Shown here: one piece after another, positions 62,344-64,000 of the stretch
Layout: each line of letters starts with the position of its first letter
Numbering within the stretch: position 1 is the stretch's first letter
Origin: an uncultured Alphaproteobacteria bacterium
GTDB taxonomy: Bacteria > Pseudomonadota > Alphaproteobacteria > RF32 > CAG-239
Direction: 5' to 3'
DNA: 64,000 nucleotides
NCBI GenBank assembly: GCA_949297665.1
Contig: CASFTO010000090.1
Coordinates: 33,378-97,377, forward strand
Position numbers and translations under genes: made by a program
Notes under the pieces: model-generated
What the model saw: only the letters and a program-made list of their open reading frames with translations
Database searches by the model: none
Told to the model about the DNA's origin: nothing

Positions 62344-62547
62344 ATGGGTGATTTGAAAGCGTTTGCAATGGAACTTGTTAATCTTCGGTGTAAAGAAGTG
62401 CAAGAATTGGTTAAAATTTTGAAAGAGGAATACGGCATTGAGCCAAAACAGGGGGCGAAATTAGAAAATTTGTGTGTTTCTGAAAATGTTGTTTCTCGTC
62501 AAGTTCGCCGTAAAATGGAACGAGAAGCTAAAAAAAGACGAAAATGA
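62344..62547 (+). CDS. Small hypothetical protein (67 aa, basic C-terminus)
   Basis: Intact ORF followed by a terminator. No clear RBS. The N-terminal region is loosely reminiscent of the bL12 N-terminal dimerisation helix pattern. Confidence 0.4.
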   Translation: MGDLKAFAMELVNLRCKEVQELVKILKEEYGIEPKQGAKLENLCVSENVVSRQVRRKMEREAKKRRK

Positions 62548-62581
62548 TTAGTTTCTAAAAGCGTATTAGTTTAAACGAAAG

Positions 62582-62606
62582 GCTCTTCAAATAGAAGGGC
62601 TTTTTG
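62582..62606 (+). terminator. Intrinsic terminator
   Basis: gctcttc-aaata-gaagggc followed by TTTTT. Confidence 0.55.
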
Positions 62607-62671
62607 TTTTATTTGCTTGTTTTTTTATAGCTCTTCTGTTACACTCCGAGAAGTTTACGAAAGGAATGCTA

Positions 62672-63601
62672 ATGTCGGGTGTTGAAATTGTAAAAGTTAA
62701 AGATTGTGATGATGGGATGCGTCTTAATCGTTGGTTCTTGAAATATTATCCAGGGCTGACTTTGGGACGGTTGCAAAAATTACTTAGAACGAAACAAATT
62801 AAGGTTAATGGGGCAAAAGCTGAGGCTAATACTCGTCTTGAAGTCGGGCAAGATATTAGAATTCCGCCTCTCGATAATGAAAAACAAGCTGTTCAACATC
62901 AGGAAATCTCATACAAAGATGCGGAGTTTATTGAAAAATTGGTGGTTTATAAAGATGACAACGTTATTGTCTTAAATAAACCTTCCGGTTTGGCGGTTCA
63001 GGGTGGAACCAATACAACTCGTCATGTTGACGGAATGCTCGAAGCTCTTAAATTTGATTATGAGGAAAAACCTAAATTAGTTCATCGTATTGATAAAGAT
63101 ACCAGCGGAATTTTAGTTTTAGCCAGAACGCGGAAAATGGCTGATGTTTTGACGAAGGCTTTTAGAGAGCATACATTGCGTAAAACTTATTTGGCACTGA
63201 CTCGTGGGGTTCCTAATCAAGAATATGGAGAAATAAAAGAGCCATTGGAAAAAATGGATGGGCGTGTTCAGGTTGTCGAAGGCGGTAAATCGGCTGTTAC
63301 GGAATATGAAGTGATTGATTGTGTCGGTGATAAATATGCATTGGTGGCAGCTTCTCCTTTAACAGGAAGAACTCATCAAATTCGAGCTCATCTCGAATTT
63401 ATAGGAACTCCAATTTGCGGTGATGATAAATATTTTGGTTATCAACGCGATAAAAATAAATTGTTGGTGAATAAATTACATCTGCATGCGTATAAAATCG
63501 ATTTATCTTCTGTGTATGGTAAAAAAATGGTTGTAAAGGCAAAATTGCCTGACTATTTTAAAGAAAGTTTGAAGTTGCTCGGATTAAATCTTGGGGAGTA
63601 A
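62672..63601 (+). CDS. RluA-family 23S rRNA pseudouridine synthase (RluC/RluD-like) with an N-terminal S4 domain
   Basis: HRIDKDTSGILVLA catalytic Asp motif; S4 domain at the N-terminus. The ORF track starts at 62666. Confidence 0.85.
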   Translation: MSGVEIVKVKDCDDGMRLNRWFLKYYPGLTLGRLQKLLRTKQIKVNGAKAEANTRLEVGQDIRIPPLDNEKQAVQHQEISYKDAEFIEKLVVYKDDNVIVLNKPSGLAVQGGTNTTRHVDGMLEALKFDYEEKPKLVHRIDKDTSGILVLARTRKMADVLTKAFREHTLRKTYLALTRGVPNQEYGEIKEPLEKMDGRVQVVEGGKSAVTEYEVIDCVGDKYALVAASPLTGRTHQIRAHLEFIGTPICGDDKYFGYQRDKNKLLVNKLHLHAYKIDLSSVYGKKMVVKAKLPDYFKESLKLLGLNLGE

Positions 63602-63606
63602 AGGGA

Positions 63607-64000
63607 AATGAAAAAATTTCTAAAATTTATTCTTATTTTTGTTGTTTCTGTTTGTGTGTTAGTAATTGCCGCCGGTTATGTGCTTCTGACACAAATAGAT
63701 TTTAATGCTTACAAAAACAGTATTGTAAAAATTGTTTATGAAAAAACCGGACGGCAATTAACTATGGATAATATTCAGTTGAAGCCTTCTTTTAATCCGA
63801 TTGTTGAAGTGCAAAACGTGACTTTCTCTAATGCAACATGGGCAAAAAGTCCGGAAATGGTGTCTGCTCAATCTATTGAGTTGGGGTTTGCTTTGTTGCC
63901 GTTGTTTCAAAAGAAAATTGAAATAGATACGTTTACCGTTCATAATGCGGTGGTAAATTTGGAAATAAATTCTCAAGGAAAAGCAAATTGGGAGTTTTCT
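63607..64000 (+). CDS. AsmA-family outer-membrane assembly protein, N-terminal part (runs off the window)
   Basis: RBS GGAG upstream. N-terminal TM anchor MKKFLKFILIFVVSVCVLVIAAGYVLL followed by beta-rich AsmA-like sequence. Open to the window end. Confidence 0.6.

Overview
This window is AT-rich, with coding regions at roughly 35-40% GC by eye. It carries the conserved backbone rho-mnmE-mnmG-rsmG-parA-parB on the minus strand (3.0-12.8 kb). That gene order is typical of Rhizobiales-type alphaproteobacteria; this is an inference, not a database result. The rest is mostly housekeeping: cca, coaE-dnaQ, ppdK, eno, dnaE, sufCD, secA, carD-trmL-secB with Tim44-like-mltA-smr, valS, rpsA, gmk-cysK, and yebC-ruvC / ruvA-ruvB-ybgC, plus rarA and a partial rlmN at the 5' edge and a partial asmA-like gene at the 3' edge. 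No rRNA, tRNA or CRISPR was recognised.

Six non-housekeeping observations stand out:
- A ~6.4 kb insertion splits the normally contiguous ruvC-ruvA junction. It carries a three-gene cassette (lipoprotein DTGA clan-AA aspartic protease, inactive-transglutaminase/7TM membrane protein, RimK-related ATP-grasp ligase). That cassette forms a predicted but experimentally uncharacterised peptide-modification system. The insertion also holds a porin, a cyclophilin and a tandem-repeat protein.
- A cluster of three beta-barrel outer-membrane protein genes plus a small secreted acidic protein (40.8-44.3 kb) is visibly GC-rich (about 50%) against an AT-rich background. Two of the genes share a near-identical ~370 bp promoter/leader/signal-peptide cassette fused to unrelated mature domains.
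- A 15-mer TTTAAATACAYYGTT recurs at least 9-12 times, all on the + strand. Twice it overlaps a stop codon and twice it occurs in tandem pairs.
- A very AT-rich orphan ORF and an acyltransferase-3 gene are inserted into the mnmG/mnmE/rho backbone.
- A DEAD-box helicase-like protein is truncated to one degenerate RecA domain.
- A multi-hairpin intergenic element upstream of ppdK is a candidate sRNA or structured leader.
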